Shown here one piece after another: positions 20,928-30,099 of a stretch of DNA of 64,000 nucleotides. Each line of letters starts with the position of its first letter. Positions within the stretch are counted from its first letter, which is position 1. Location of the stretch: positions 262,415 to 326,414 of the forward strand of contig CAVQCV010000005.1 in NCBI GenBank assembly GCA_963711105.1, in the 5' to 3' direction. Under the pieces are notes generated by a model, which saw only the letters and a program-made list of their open reading frames with translations, ran no database searches and was not told the origin of the DNA. Source of the DNA: an uncultured Chloroflexia bacterium. Its GTDB lineage: Bacteria; Chloroflexota; Limnocylindria; Limnocylindrales; CSP1-4. Made by a program: the position numbers and the translations under genes.

Positions 20928-20987
20928 GAGTGCGGCTTGGGTGGCGCCACCGGCCAGCGACCTGCAGCGCCACCGTTCTGTGGCTAC

Positions 20988-21332
20988 CTACTCGTTGACG
21001 GGACCGGCGCTGGCGTCGGGGACGACGACCACGGCGGTGCCGTAGGCCACGATCTCGGACATGGTGGTGCCGATCTCCGAGGAGTCGAAGCGCATCGAGA
21101 TCACCGCATTTGCGCCCATCAGGGTGGCGTTCTGGACCATGCGATCCAGGGCCTGGCGGCGGGTGTCTTCGAGCAACTCGGTGTACTCGTGGATCTCGCC
21201 GCCGACGAGCGACCTGAGCCCGGCGGCGAAGTTGCCCGCGAAACCGCGGCTTCGGACTACCAGGCCGAAGGTCTGGCCCTTGATCTCGGCGACGCGATAT
21301 CCGGCCAGATAGGGTGTGGTCGCGACGATCAT
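20988..21332 (-). CDS. YbjQ/UPF0145 family protein
   Basis: LVGGEI.EYTELL..TR..A..RM...A...GANAV and AYGTAV. Confidence 0.92.
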   Translation of the reverse strand: MIVATTPYLAGYRVAEIKGQTFGLVVRSRGFAGNFAAGLRSLVGGEIHEYTELLEDTRRQALDRMVQNATLMGANAVISMRFDSSEIGTTMSEIVAYGTAVVVVPDASAGPVNE

Positions 21333-21378
21333 TCGCTCTCCTTGTCGGTAGGGATCGATGAACAGCTTCGACGCTAGC

Positions 21379-21729
21379 CTAGAGCGCGTCGCGCCGGCTG
21401 GCTAGGCAATCCGGGCACGGGCACATCCCGCGCAATGACTCGAACGTGTAGTAGCCCGTGTCGTGGCCATCCGCCCATGTGGGCGCGATGGCGTAGGCGC
21501 CCACGAGCCGGAGGTCTACCAGTCGGCGCTGGGGCTCGGTCAGCTCGGGATGAGTATCGAGCCAGCCGGGCCGGCCGGCTTCGCCTGAGCAGAACGCACA
21601 CGGGCACGAGAGGCGCAGCGGCTCGGCCTCGTAGACGCTCGTGTGGCCGTCGGCCCACTCAATCGTGAGACGACCTTCTTCCCGGTTGGCGTTGATGTTG
21701 ACCGGCTGGTTCATGGGGCTTTGAAACAT
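21379..21729 (-). CDS. DUF971 / GBBH-like N-terminal domain protein
   Basis: W.DGH, LR..CPCA.C, VG.YAI, W.DGHDTGYY and a second CPC..C. Confidence 0.9.
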   Translation of the reverse strand: MFQSPMNQPVNINANREEGRLTIEWADGHTSVYEAEPLRLSCPCAFCSGEAGRPGWLDTHPELTEPQRRLVDLRLVGAYAIAPTWADGHDTGYYTFESLRGMCPCPDCLASRRDAL

Positions 21730-21810
21730 GCCTCATTGTATGGGCGGCGTGGGGATGGACGCCCTGGGGGCCTGAATCGCCTTGCGGCCCGCGCATGGCT
21801 CGACCAGGCC

Positions 21811-21856
21811 TGTCAAGGACACTTGACACACGCGACCCTGTCAAGCTAACTTGACA
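21811..21856 (+). promoter_or_regulatory. Two palindromic operators TGTCAAG-N4-CTTGACA overlapping the XRE promoter
   Basis: tgtcaaggacacttgaca (21811-21828) and tgtcaagctaacttgaca (21839-21856); contains TTGACA. Confidence 0.85.
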
Positions 21857-21859
21857 GAT

Positions 21860-22057
21860 ATGACGAACGACGTCCGGACACTCCGAGAGGAGCGAGCGTT
21901 GAGTCAGGGAGATCTGGCCAGGCATTTGGGCGTCTCCAGGCAGACGGTCAACGCCATCGAGACGGGCAAGTACCTGCCCTCGCTGCCGCTGGCTTTCGCC
22001 ATCGGGCGGTTCTTTGGTCGCGCGGTAGAGGAGGTCTTCCATGACGAGCCGAAGTAA
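21860..22057 (+). CDS. XRE-family HTH transcriptional regulator
   Basis: LSQ.DLA..LGVSRQTVNAIETGKYLPSLPLAF. Confidence 0.92.
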   Translation: MTNDVRTLREERALSQGDLARHLGVSRQTVNAIETGKYLPSLPLAFAIGRFFGRAVEEVFHDEPK

Positions 22058-22427
22058 GTGGGTGACTCCCGTCTTCGGGTTGTGCCTGGCCGCGGTCATG
22101 GGTCTCGTCGAACTGAAACGCAGTGGCTCCACGCTGAGCGCCGGTCTCGCCGCCGCGGTCGTCGCCGGCTATGCGATCGCGCTGCTGATATTGCGGTCTA
22201 GGAGCGAGACGGTCGGTGCGCTGTCGGGGCTGCCGGTGGACGAGCGTTGGATCTCGATCAACCAGCGAGCCCTTGCCTTCGCCGCCCAGATCGTGGCCGT
22301 CTTCCTGGTGGCCGCGTTCCTGATCACCGAGTTTGCGGGCGGCGCCGCTCTGCCCTACGCCTGGTCGGCGGTCGCCCTGACGGCCGCCTATCTCGGCGGC
22401 GTCCTCTGGTATCGGTGGCGGTCATGA
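22041..22427 (+). CDS. DUF2178-like membrane protein
   Basis: Four TM segments with DER...I..RA; follows an XRE gene as is typical. Confidence 0.75.
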   Translation: MTSRSKWVTPVFGLCLAAVMGLVELKRSGSTLSAGLAAAVVAGYAIALLILRSRSETVGALSGLPVDERWISINQRALAFAAQIVAVFLVAAFLITEFAGGAALPYAWSAVALTAAYLGGVLWYRWRS

Positions 22428-22498
22428 GCGCGTGACCGTCGAACCATTCAGCCGGCGCAGCGGTCAGAATGTTGTGTGTGTGCCTCAACGGAGGAGAG

Positions 22499-23443
22499 AT
22501 GAGCCTCGTAATCGATTCGGTCACAAAGAGCTTCGGCGACGTCCGGGCCCTGGACGACGTATCCCTCGAGATCAGGCCGGGCGAGGTCTTCGGCTTCCTG
22601 GGCGCCAACGGAGCCGGCAAGACGACCGCCATGCGAGTCGTCCTGGACATCCTGCGGCCGGACTCGGGAACGGTCACCTGGAACGGCCTGCCCAACACCG
22701 AAGTCCCACGAGCCACATGGGGCTATCTGCCCGAAGAGCGCGGCCTTTACGCCAAGATGAACGTTCTGGATCAACTGGTCTTCTTTGCCAGGCTCCACGG
22801 CTGCAGTCGCCGGGATGCCGAACGGGACGCCCGCGACTGGCTCGAGCGGTTCAGGATTCCGGAGTACGCCGACCGCCGGGCGGAGCAGCTCTCCAAGGGC
22901 AATCAGCAGAAGATCCAGTTCATCGCCGCCATCCTGCACGACCCGCAGGTGCTCCTGATGGACGAGCCGTTCACGGGCCTCGACCCCGTCAACGCGGCAC
23001 TCCTGAAGGAGGCCTTCCTCGAGATGCGCGACCACGGCAAGACCCTGGTCTTCTCCACCCACCAGATGGAGCAGGTGGAGGAACTGTGCGAGTCCATCGT
23101 CATCCTGGATCGCGGCCGCATCGTCGTCGGCGGTCCGGTGAGGCAGGTCCGCCGTTCGACGGGCCGCCAGGTCGTGCGGCTGGCCGTCGAGGGCGACGAC
23201 GAGGTGGCGTGGCTGGATGAGCTCCCCGGCGTGCACGTCAAGCGCCGCGGACAGGATTACGCGGAAGCAGAGGTGGAGCGAGGCGTCGATCCGGAGAGCG
23301 TGCTTCAGGCGGCTCTCGGCCGAGGCTGCCGTGTCCGCCATTTCGAGATCACTGACCCGTCACTCGAGCAGATCTTCATCGAACGCGTGGGTGGGATAGA
23401 CACCAGCGAGCGGACGCTCGCCCCGAAGGCGGTGCTTGCATGA
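22499..23443 (+). CDS. ABC-2 exporter ATP-binding protein (YhaQ/NatA-like)
   Basis: GANGAGKTT, GYLPEERGLY, LSKGNQQK and DEPFTGLDP. Confidence 0.92.
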   Translation: MSLVIDSVTKSFGDVRALDDVSLEIRPGEVFGFLGANGAGKTTAMRVVLDILRPDSGTVTWNGLPNTEVPRATWGYLPEERGLYAKMNVLDQLVFFARLHGCSRRDAERDARDWLERFRIPEYADRRAEQLSKGNQQKIQFIAAILHDPQVLLMDEPFTGLDPVNAALLKEAFLEMRDHGKTLVFSTHQMEQVEELCESIVILDRGRIVVGGPVRQVRRSTGRQVVRLAVEGDDEVAWLDELPGVHVKRRGQDYAEAEVERGVDPESVLQAALGRGCRVRHFEITDPSLEQIFIERVGGIDTSERTLAPKAVLA

Positions 23444-24732
23444 GCGGCTGGCGAACCTTGATGCCGAATGCCTGGTACGTGGCCGTCCGGGAATTCAAGG
23501 GCCGGGTGCGAACCCGCAGCTTCATGGCCGGCACGATCCTGCTGGCAGTGATCGCCTTCGCCGTCACCGAAAGCCCAGTTGCCATCGATGCCGTCGTGGG
23601 TACCAGCCAGACGAAGCTGGCAGTCGTGACCGTGGCCGCCGATCTGCCGGCCGACGCCCAGACGGTAGTCGTGGGCACGCTCAACAGCGTCGCCTCCTCC
23701 AGCGCGCCCTTCGTCGTGACCTGGCTCCCTGGCAGCGACGTCGCCGCCGCCCAGGCGGACCTCGAGAAGGGCAAGTTCGACGCGGTACTCGTCGTGGCCA
23801 GGGTCAACGGCGATCTGGCCTTCACGTTGCATACGGACATGGCGTCCGACGGCCGGCCGGTCCAGAGTATCGCCGCGGCGGCCCAAACCCTGGTTATCGA
23901 GGACAGCCTGGCCAAGGTAGGCAAATCGATCAGCTCGATCAGCCACGTCACCCTCGACGTAGTCCCGGTGAAGCCCGGCTCGGCCGCGCCCAACAGCTTG
24001 TCGCGAGAGGTCTCGAGCAGCCTGTTGTCGACGGGCCTCATCGTCCTGATCTTCATGGCCATCGTGACCTACGGCACCTGGGTCGCGATGAGCGTGGCCG
24101 AGGAGAAGGGCAGTCGGGTCATGGAGTTGATGCTCAACGCGACCACTCCGCTGCAGATGCTGTGCGGCAAGGTCCTGGGCAACGGTGCCGCCGGTCTGAC
24201 CCAGTACGGGCTCATCCTCGCCGCCGTCGTGGCCGGCATGGTGGCTCAGGGACCGATCAGAGCCAGAGTCCTGGGATCGTCCGGAGCCGGCGTGGAGTTC
24301 GGTGGCCTGACTCCGGCGGTTCTCGTGGCCTTCATCGTCCTGTTCGTGTGCGGCTTCACGCTCTACTCCCTCCTGTATGCCGCCCTCGGTTCGCTTGTGA
24401 GCCGTCAGGAGGATGTCCAGAGCGCGACCTCGCCAATGATGATGATCGTCTTCATCGGGTACTTCGCCTCGATCTTCGCGCTCCAGTCGATCGAGGAGCC
24501 GTGGGTCAAGATCATGTCGTTCGTCCCGTTCTTCAGCCCGTACTTGATGCTGGCGCGCGTCTCTGTGGGCCATGTCGAGTTGTGGGAGTTTGTCCTGGCG
24601 ATCGCGCTGCTTCTGGTTACCATCGGTATCGCCCTGGTCGTCGCGGCCCGGATATACAGCGCCGGCGTGTTGCTGTATGGCCAGCGGGTCGGGCTGCGGC
24701 AGATCCTCAAGGCGACCAGGGTCTCGCGCTAG
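23440..24732 (+). CDS. ABC-2 exporter permease (YhaP/NatB-like)
   Basis: VAEEKGSRVMEL, GKVLG and PFFSP.LML.R. Confidence 0.9.
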   Translation: MSGWRTLMPNAWYVAVREFKGRVRTRSFMAGTILLAVIAFAVTESPVAIDAVVGTSQTKLAVVTVAADLPADAQTVVVGTLNSVASSSAPFVVTWLPGSDVAAAQADLEKGKFDAVLVVARVNGDLAFTLHTDMASDGRPVQSIAAAAQTLVIEDSLAKVGKSISSISHVTLDVVPVKPGSAAPNSLSREVSSSLLSTGLIVLIFMAIVTYGTWVAMSVAEEKGSRVMELMLNATTPLQMLCGKVLGNGAAGLTQYGLILAAVVAGMVAQGPIRARVLGSSGAGVEFGGLTPAVLVAFIVLFVCGFTLYSLLYAALGSLVSRQEDVQSATSPMMMIVFIGYFASIFALQSIEEPWVKIMSFVPFFSPYLMLARVSVGHVELWEFVLAIALLLVTIGIALVVAARIYSAGVLLYGQRVGLRQILKATRVSR

Positions 24733-24774
24733 ACGCGTCCGGTAGCGGCGCCGCCGGCGACTCGCGCGGCCCGG

Positions 24775-25503
24775 CTAGTCGTCGAGCGGCAGCTTCTGGA
24801 TCAGGGCCAGGACCGGGCGCGCCGGCGCGGGAGCCGGGTCGGGCACGGCATGGAGCGGCACCTCTCCGGGCTGGGTCGGGATCCAGCGCCACAGATCGCT
24901 GTGGCGACCGGGCAGGTACGGGCTGCGCACGTGGCGAGCCATCACTCCCGCCAGGCCCTGCTGCGCGACCGCGAAATGGAGCTCTCGGCCGTCTCCGACG
25001 ACGCCCGGCACGATGACCAGTTCCGGGCTCGGCGTGACCAGCTTTGCGAGCCGCTCGCGGCGCTTGACGAGCGGTTGAGCGACCAGCGGCCGCCCGGCCG
25101 TCCAGAGCAGGTCGAAGACCAGGTAAACCGGCCCCTGTCCGCCGGTCGCCTCGCCGTCCAAGCGCCGCTGCATGGCCGCGTGATCGGTCCGCCCCGCTTT
25201 GTCCGGCACGACCAGTTCGCCGTCCAGGACGGCCGGCAGATCGGCCACCAGGGCGGCGACATACGCGAGCTCCGGCACGAGGGCAGTGATGTCCCGGCCA
25301 GTGACGTCCAGGAAACGAATGGCCGGCTCGCCGTTGGGTCCGGGCTCGACGAAAGCGAGGGCGCGGCGGCCGCCCCAACTCGGTTCGAAGACATGCTCCA
25401 TCGAATCGAACGGCGCCTCGGCCGAGCGGGGCATCATCGGCCGGAGCGTGGCCGGCAGGCCGGGAACGTCGCCGCTCAGGCTGAGGTCGAGCTGATCTGG
25501 CAC
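24775..25503 (-). CDS. ATP-dependent DNA ligase adenylation-domain homologue, apparently catalytically inactive
   Basis: LigD-like LRPM, LDGELVV, VFDLL and SPY.PG are present. Motif I reads EPSWGGRRA instead of E.KWDG.RA. No OB domain. Confidence 0.75.
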   Translation of the reverse strand: MPDQLDLSLSGDVPGLPATLRPMMPRSAEAPFDSMEHVFEPSWGGRRALAFVEPGPNGEPAIRFLDVTGRDITALVPELAYVAALVADLPAVLDGELVVPDKAGRTDHAAMQRRLDGEATGGQGPVYLVFDLLWTAGRPLVAQPLVKRRERLAKLVTPSPELVIVPGVVGDGRELHFAVAQQGLAGVMARHVRSPYLPGRHSDLWRWIPTQPGEVPLHAVPDPAPAPARPVLALIQKLPLDD

Positions 25504-25597
25504 GTCGCGATGGTAGCCGCCGTGGGGCCGTTGCGGAGCGAGGGTTGCGGACTTCGTCCGCCGTGGCCCGAACGGCCCAACACATCCACCGCCGGCC

Positions 25598-26578
25598 TCA
25601 GTACTCCTGAGGCACGAAGTTCTGGCTGCCGAGGGGCGGCCGGATGTAGGTCTCGTCTTCCTGGCGGGGCGGCAGCTGGATGGCCGGACCGGCGACCTTC
25701 TCGTACGGGATCACGCTGAGCAGATGGCGGATGGTGTTGAGGCGGGCCCGCTTCTTGTCGTCGGCTTCGACGACCCACCAGGGCGCCTCGGGGATGTCCG
25801 TGGCGGCGAACATGGCGTCCTTCGCCCTTGAGTACTCGACCCACTTCGCGCGCGACATAACGTCCATCGGCGAGAGCTTCCAGTGCTTCGTCGGGTCGGC
25901 CAGGCGTGCTTGAAAGCGCCGCTCCTGTTCCGTGTCGCCCACTGAGAACCAGTACTTGATCAGGACGATGCCGGACCTTATCAGCATCCGCTCGAACTCG
26001 GGGCAGGAGCGCAGGAAGTCGCGGTACTCGTCGTCGTTGCAGAAGCCCATGACGCGCTCTACTCCGGCGCGGTTGTACCAGCTGCGGTCGAACAGGACCA
26101 TCTCTCCGGCGGCGGGCAGCTGGGCCACGTAGCGCTGGAAGTACCACTGGCTCTTCTCGCGGTCGGTGGGCGTGCCGAGGGCCACGACGCGGCAGACGCG
26201 GGGATTGAGGGGCGCGGCGATGGTCTTGATCGCGCCGCCTTTGCCGGCGGCGTCCCGGCCCTCGAACAGGACCACGACCTTGAGGCCGCGGGCCTTGATC
26301 CACTCCTGGAGCTTGACCAGCTCCACGTTGAGCCGCGCCAGCTCGGATTCGTAGTACTTGGTGTCGAGCTTCCTGCCGGGCCGCTGGACGTAGTCGGTGT
26401 CCGGGCCGGTTGGGGGTGGGGGAGTGGCGGCGTGGCGGCGAACCTCACGCGCCAGCATCCGCTCCCGGGCGACGACGGCCGCGGCTGCGGCGACCGCGAC
26501 CCGGTTCGGGTCGGCGGAGGGCGGCAGCGCGCCTCTCGTGCTGGCGTAGCTCAGTCGATTGCGAACAACCCTGGACAT
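25598..26578 (-). CDS. ppk2: Polyphosphate kinase 2 (class I-like); start uncertain (alternative ~26458)
   Basis: FEGRDAAGKGG, QWYFQRY, FDRSWYNRAGVERVMGF, WKLSPMD and DDKKRARLN. Confidence 0.95.
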   Translation of the reverse strand: MSRVVRNRLSYASTRGALPPSADPNRVAVAAAAAVVARERMLAREVRRHAATPPPPTGPDTDYVQRPGRKLDTKYYESELARLNVELVKLQEWIKARGLKVVVLFEGRDAAGKGGAIKTIAAPLNPRVCRVVALGTPTDREKSQWYFQRYVAQLPAAGEMVLFDRSWYNRAGVERVMGFCNDDEYRDFLRSCPEFERMLIRSGIVLIKYWFSVGDTEQERRFQARLADPTKHWKLSPMDVMSRAKWVEYSRAKDAMFAATDIPEAPWWVVEADDKKRARLNTIRHLLSVIPYEKVAGPAIQLPPRQEDETYIRPPLGSQNFVPQEY

Positions 26579-26689
26579 GAGGCACTCCTTGACACGAGGG
26601 AGTGGTCGGCGCGGAGGGGCCGCAGAGTTAGGCGGGGCCGCCGCCCCGGACCCGCTACCATGCCTGCAACGGCACGACGGAGGAGGACC

Positions 26690-28105
26690 ATGAGGCTCTG
26701 GGGCGGTCGATTCGAAGGTTCGACGGACGCGCGGGTGGCGGATTTCACCCGTTCGGTCGAGCTTGATTCCGCCCTGGCGATCGACGACATCGCCGGCTCG
26801 ATCGCCCACGTCCACGGTTTGGGCCGCGCCGGGCTGCTGGCCGAAGACGAGGTCGAGACTCTCGTACGCGGGCTCGAGGGCCTGCGGGCCGAGATCGAGG
26901 CCGGCACGCTGCGCTGGGACCCGGCGCTCGAAGACGTCCACATGAACCTCGAATCGGCCCTGCGGGAACGGATCGGGCCTCTGGCCGGGCGCCTGCACAC
27001 GGGCCGGTCGCGCAACGACCAGGTCGCCACGGATTTGCGCTTGTGGCTGCGCCGGACGATAGACGTGCTGGACGTCTCGATCCTGGACATGGAGCGCGCG
27101 CTGGTAGGGCTGGCCGACCGCGAGGGCTCGGCCGTGCTCCCGGGCACGACCCACATCCAGCCGGCTCAGCCGGTCCTGCTGGCCCACCACCTGCTGGCCT
27201 ACGTCGAAATGCTCGAGCGAGACCGGGGCCGGCTGGCCGACTGCAGGCGGCGGGCCAACGTCAGCCCGCTCGGTTCGGGCGCTCTGGCCGGGGCCGGCTA
27301 CCCGTTCGACCGCGAGGCGACGGCTCGCGAACTCGGTTTCGACGGCGTGACCGCAAACTCGCTCGACGCGGTCAGCGACCGCGACTTCGTGGCCGAGGCG
27401 CTGGCGGCGTTCGCCCTGTGCATGGTCCACCTCTCTCGGTTGGCCGAGGAGATCACGTGGTGGTCGAACCCGCGCTTCGGTTTCGTCCGGGCGGCCGACT
27501 CGTTCTCGACCGGCTCCTCGATGATGCCGAACAAGAAGAACCCCGATCCGGCCGAACTCGTGCGGGGCCGGGCGGCGCGCGTCATCGGTTCGCTCACGGG
27601 TCTGCTGGCCCTGCTCAAGGGACTGCCGCTGGCGTACCAGCGCGATCTGCAGGAGGATAAGCCGCCGCTGTTCGAGGCTGCCGCGACGCTCGAGGCGTCC
27701 TTGGGCGTCATGGCCGGCATGGTGGAGACGCTGAGCGTGGACGCGGCGCGCATGCGGGAGGCCGCGGGCGAGGGCTACACGACTGCCACGGCCGTGGCCG
27801 ACGCACTGGTCCGGCGGGGCGTTCCTTTCCGGGCCGCTCACCACATCGTCGGGACGCTGGTCGCCGAAGCGGAGCGGGCCGGGCTGGCCCTCGAGGCGCT
27901 GGACGACGCCACTCTCGCGGCGGCCCTGGCCGGTTCGGAGGACACCGTGGCCCAGGCGCTCGTCGGCGACGCTGATATCTCGGGGCATCTGCGCGCGGCG
28001 GCCGGGCTCGACGGTGCACTGGCGAGCTGCGACGTGATCGGCGGAACGGCCCCGCGCCGCGTCGAGTCAGCGCTGAAGGCAGCGAAGGCCCGGCTGCGCC
28101 CGTAG
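26690..28105 (+). CDS. argH: Argininosuccinate lyase
   Basis: LWGGRF, HTGRSRNDQ, GSSMMPNKKNPD and YQRDLQEDK; GGAGG RBS. Confidence 0.97.
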   Translation: MRLWGGRFEGSTDARVADFTRSVELDSALAIDDIAGSIAHVHGLGRAGLLAEDEVETLVRGLEGLRAEIEAGTLRWDPALEDVHMNLESALRERIGPLAGRLHTGRSRNDQVATDLRLWLRRTIDVLDVSILDMERALVGLADREGSAVLPGTTHIQPAQPVLLAHHLLAYVEMLERDRGRLADCRRRANVSPLGSGALAGAGYPFDREATARELGFDGVTANSLDAVSDRDFVAEALAAFALCMVHLSRLAEEITWWSNPRFGFVRAADSFSTGSSMMPNKKNPDPAELVRGRAARVIGSLTGLLALLKGLPLAYQRDLQEDKPPLFEAAATLEASLGVMAGMVETLSVDAARMREAAGEGYTTATAVADALVRRGVPFRAAHHIVGTLVAEAERAGLALEALDDATLAAALAGSEDTVAQALVGDADISGHLRAAAGLDGALASCDVIGGTAPRRVESALKAAKARLRP

Positions 28106-28117
28106 GGACCTGCCCCG

Positions 28118-28183
28118 CGTACCCTTCCGAAACCCAACCGATACGCCTCGGGACGGATTCCGGCCCTGCCGCGGGCGTAGGTT
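28118..28183 (+). promoter_or_regulatory. Phased nnnAC repeats and -10 (TAGGTT) upstream of the Cys-rich small ORF
   Basis: CGTAC 28118, GAAAC 28129, GATAC 28140 (11-bp period), GGGAC 28150. Confidence 0.45.
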
Positions 28184-28260
28184 CGACCCATGAAGCTGCA
28201 CGAGTTCGAACCGGTAGGGGAGGAGTCCCGGCCGCGGGCCTTCCATCGGAAGGCTCGGCC

Positions 28261-28449
28261 GTGCTCACCTGCGACCGTTGCGGCTGCCGGCTGACGGCCA
28301 GAGAGTCGATCGGCGACGGCGCCATGCACGGGCCGGATGCCGCCTGGCGTCACTATCCCGGCGCAACGTTCGGTACGGATGCGCGGGGCTGCCGTGTCGA
28401 TTGTGTCGATCGGCCCCATCGCACAACCCTCGAACCCGAAACGGCCTGA
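28261..28449 (+). CDS. Small Cys/His-rich hypothetical protein (62 aa; possible zinc ribbon)
   Basis: C-x2-C near the N-terminus, then H...C-x3-C...H; GGAAGG upstream of GTG. Confidence 0.55.
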   Translation: MLTCDRCGCRLTARESIGDGAMHGPDAAWRHYPGATFGTDARGCRVDCVDRPHRTTLEPETA

Positions 28450-28503
28450 TTCCGTGGGCCAGAAATGGCCCGCCGACCGGCCGGAGAGACGCCGTCCTGA
28501 ACG

Positions 28504-28580
28504 GCAACCCTGGCGCCACCGCCGCGACACCAACCGTCCACTCAGCCGGTACTGACTCGCCGCGTGGCCGTCCCTACTGT
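28504..28580 (+). promoter_or_regulatory. amtB1 promoter: five 11-bp-phased (G)nnAC repeats and -10 TACTGT
   Basis: GCAAC 28504, GCCAC 28515, GACAC 28526, TCCAC 28537, GGTAC 28548; -10 at 28575. Confidence 0.65.
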
Positions 28581-28639
28581 TTCGGCAAGCCGCATCGACC
28601 CAGCCGTCGGTGCGGCTCCTGATGAGAAGGGAGCCCCGC

Positions 28640-29902
28640 TTGAATCCTGCCGCCACGCCCATCGATACGGGCGACACCGCCTGGATGCTGATGTCCACTG
28701 CCCTGGTCATGCTCATGACACCGGGTCTGGCCCTGTTCTACGGCGGTCTGGTCCGCCGCAAGAACGTGCTCAGCACCATCATGCAGAGCATGTTCATCCT
28801 CGGTCTTGTCAGCGTGACCTGGGTGCTTTACGGCTACTCCCTCGCGTTCGGCAAGGACGCCCTCAGCTTCGACACGCCGTTCGGGCACGTCAGTGGGCTC
28901 ATCGGCGGGCTGGATTATCTGGGCCTGCACGGCGTGGGCAAGGACCCCGGCCCGTACGCGGCGACCATCCCCCACAGTGTCTTCATGGCCTTCCAGATGA
29001 TGTTCGCGATCATCACGCCGGCCCTGATCACGGGCGCCTTTGCCGAGCGCAAGAAGTTCAAGGCCTTCGTGGTGTTCACCCTTCTGTGGACGCTCCTGGT
29101 CTACTCGCCGATCGCCCACTGGGTTTGGGGCGACAACGGCTGGCTCCTCAAGCTCGGCGCGATCGACTTCGCCGGCGGCACCGTCGTCCACATCAGCTCC
29201 GGCGTCGCGGCCTTGGTTGCGGCCCTCGTCCTCGGGCCCCGGGTCAAGCGCGAGTCTGAGCGTTTCGAGCCGCATGACGTCCGCCTGGTGGTCCTCGGCG
29301 CCGGCCTCCTGTGGTTCGGCTGGTTCGGCTTCAACGCCGGTTCGGCCCTGGCCGCAAACGGCCTGGCGGCGAACGCGCTCGTCGTTACCAACACGGCCGC
29401 CGGCATGGCCGCCATCACCTGGGTCACGATGAGCTGGCTGCACAAGGGTTCGCCCAGCGTCGTCGGGGCGGCTGCCGGATGCGTCGCCGGCCTGGTCGCC
29501 ATCACGCCGGCCTCGGGCTACGTCGACGCCAGCGCCGCGATCGTCATCGGCTTCCTCGCCGGCTCGGTCTGCTACGGAGCGATCCTGCTGCGCGAGCGCC
29601 TCAAGGTCGACGACGCGCTCGACGTCTGGGCGGTCCACGGCGTCGGCGGTACGATCGGTGCCCTCCTGACCGGCGTCTTCGCGGTCGCCGCGGTGAACGG
29701 CGTGAGCGGTTGGGCCGACGGCAACGCCAGCCAGGTCGGCAAGCAGTTTGTGGCCGTCGCCGCCACCTGGATCTACAGCGGCGTGGTGACCTTCCTGATC
29801 CTCAAGGTCGTCGACAGGGTCATCGGCCTGCGCGTCGACGAGGACGAAGAAGAGGCCGGCCTCGACTCCTCGCAGCACGGCGAGGTCGCCTGGCAGTCCT
29901 AG
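28640..29902 (+). CDS. amtB: Ammonium transporter (copy 1)
   Basis: MTPGLALFYGG, FQMMFA, DFAGGTVVH, WFGWFGFN and DDALDVWAVHG. Confidence 0.96.
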   Translation: MNPAATPIDTGDTAWMLMSTALVMLMTPGLALFYGGLVRRKNVLSTIMQSMFILGLVSVTWVLYGYSLAFGKDALSFDTPFGHVSGLIGGLDYLGLHGVGKDPGPYAATIPHSVFMAFQMMFAIITPALITGAFAERKKFKAFVVFTLLWTLLVYSPIAHWVWGDNGWLLKLGAIDFAGGTVVHISSGVAALVAALVLGPRVKRESERFEPHDVRLVVLGAGLLWFGWFGFNAGSALAANGLAANALVVTNTAAGMAAITWVTMSWLHKGSPSVVGAAAGCVAGLVAITPASGYVDASAAIVIGFLAGSVCYGAILLRERLKVDDALDVWAVHGVGGTIGALLTGVFAVAAVNGVSGWADGNASQVGKQFVAVAATWIYSGVVTFLILKVVDRVIGLRVDEDEEEAGLDSSQHGEVAWQS

Positions 29903-29984
29903 CGGCAGCCGAACGGTCGACCGAACCCCTGAGGCCGAAAGGGCCGACGCGCCCGGCCGGCCGAATCAACCTGCGGATCATCAC

Positions 29985-30017
29985 TCGGGGGCCCGGCCGA
30001 ACGGGCCCCCGATTTCT
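29985..30017 (+). terminator. Intrinsic terminator after amtB1
   Basis: 11-bp stem tcgggggcccg / cgggcccccga followed by tttct. Confidence 0.7.
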
Positions 30018-30099
30018 ATGCCCGGGATCGCGCCCAGGTTCCGTGCCTGCTGAGCAGATGGCACCGCCGCGGCACGTCCGGTGATATGCGTCCCGAACC

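Noticed and set aside
28190-28294. Short ORF MKLHEFEP... as a leader peptide
   Set aside because: No SD, no informative composition, and it overlaps the better Cys-rich ORF; cannot be supported.
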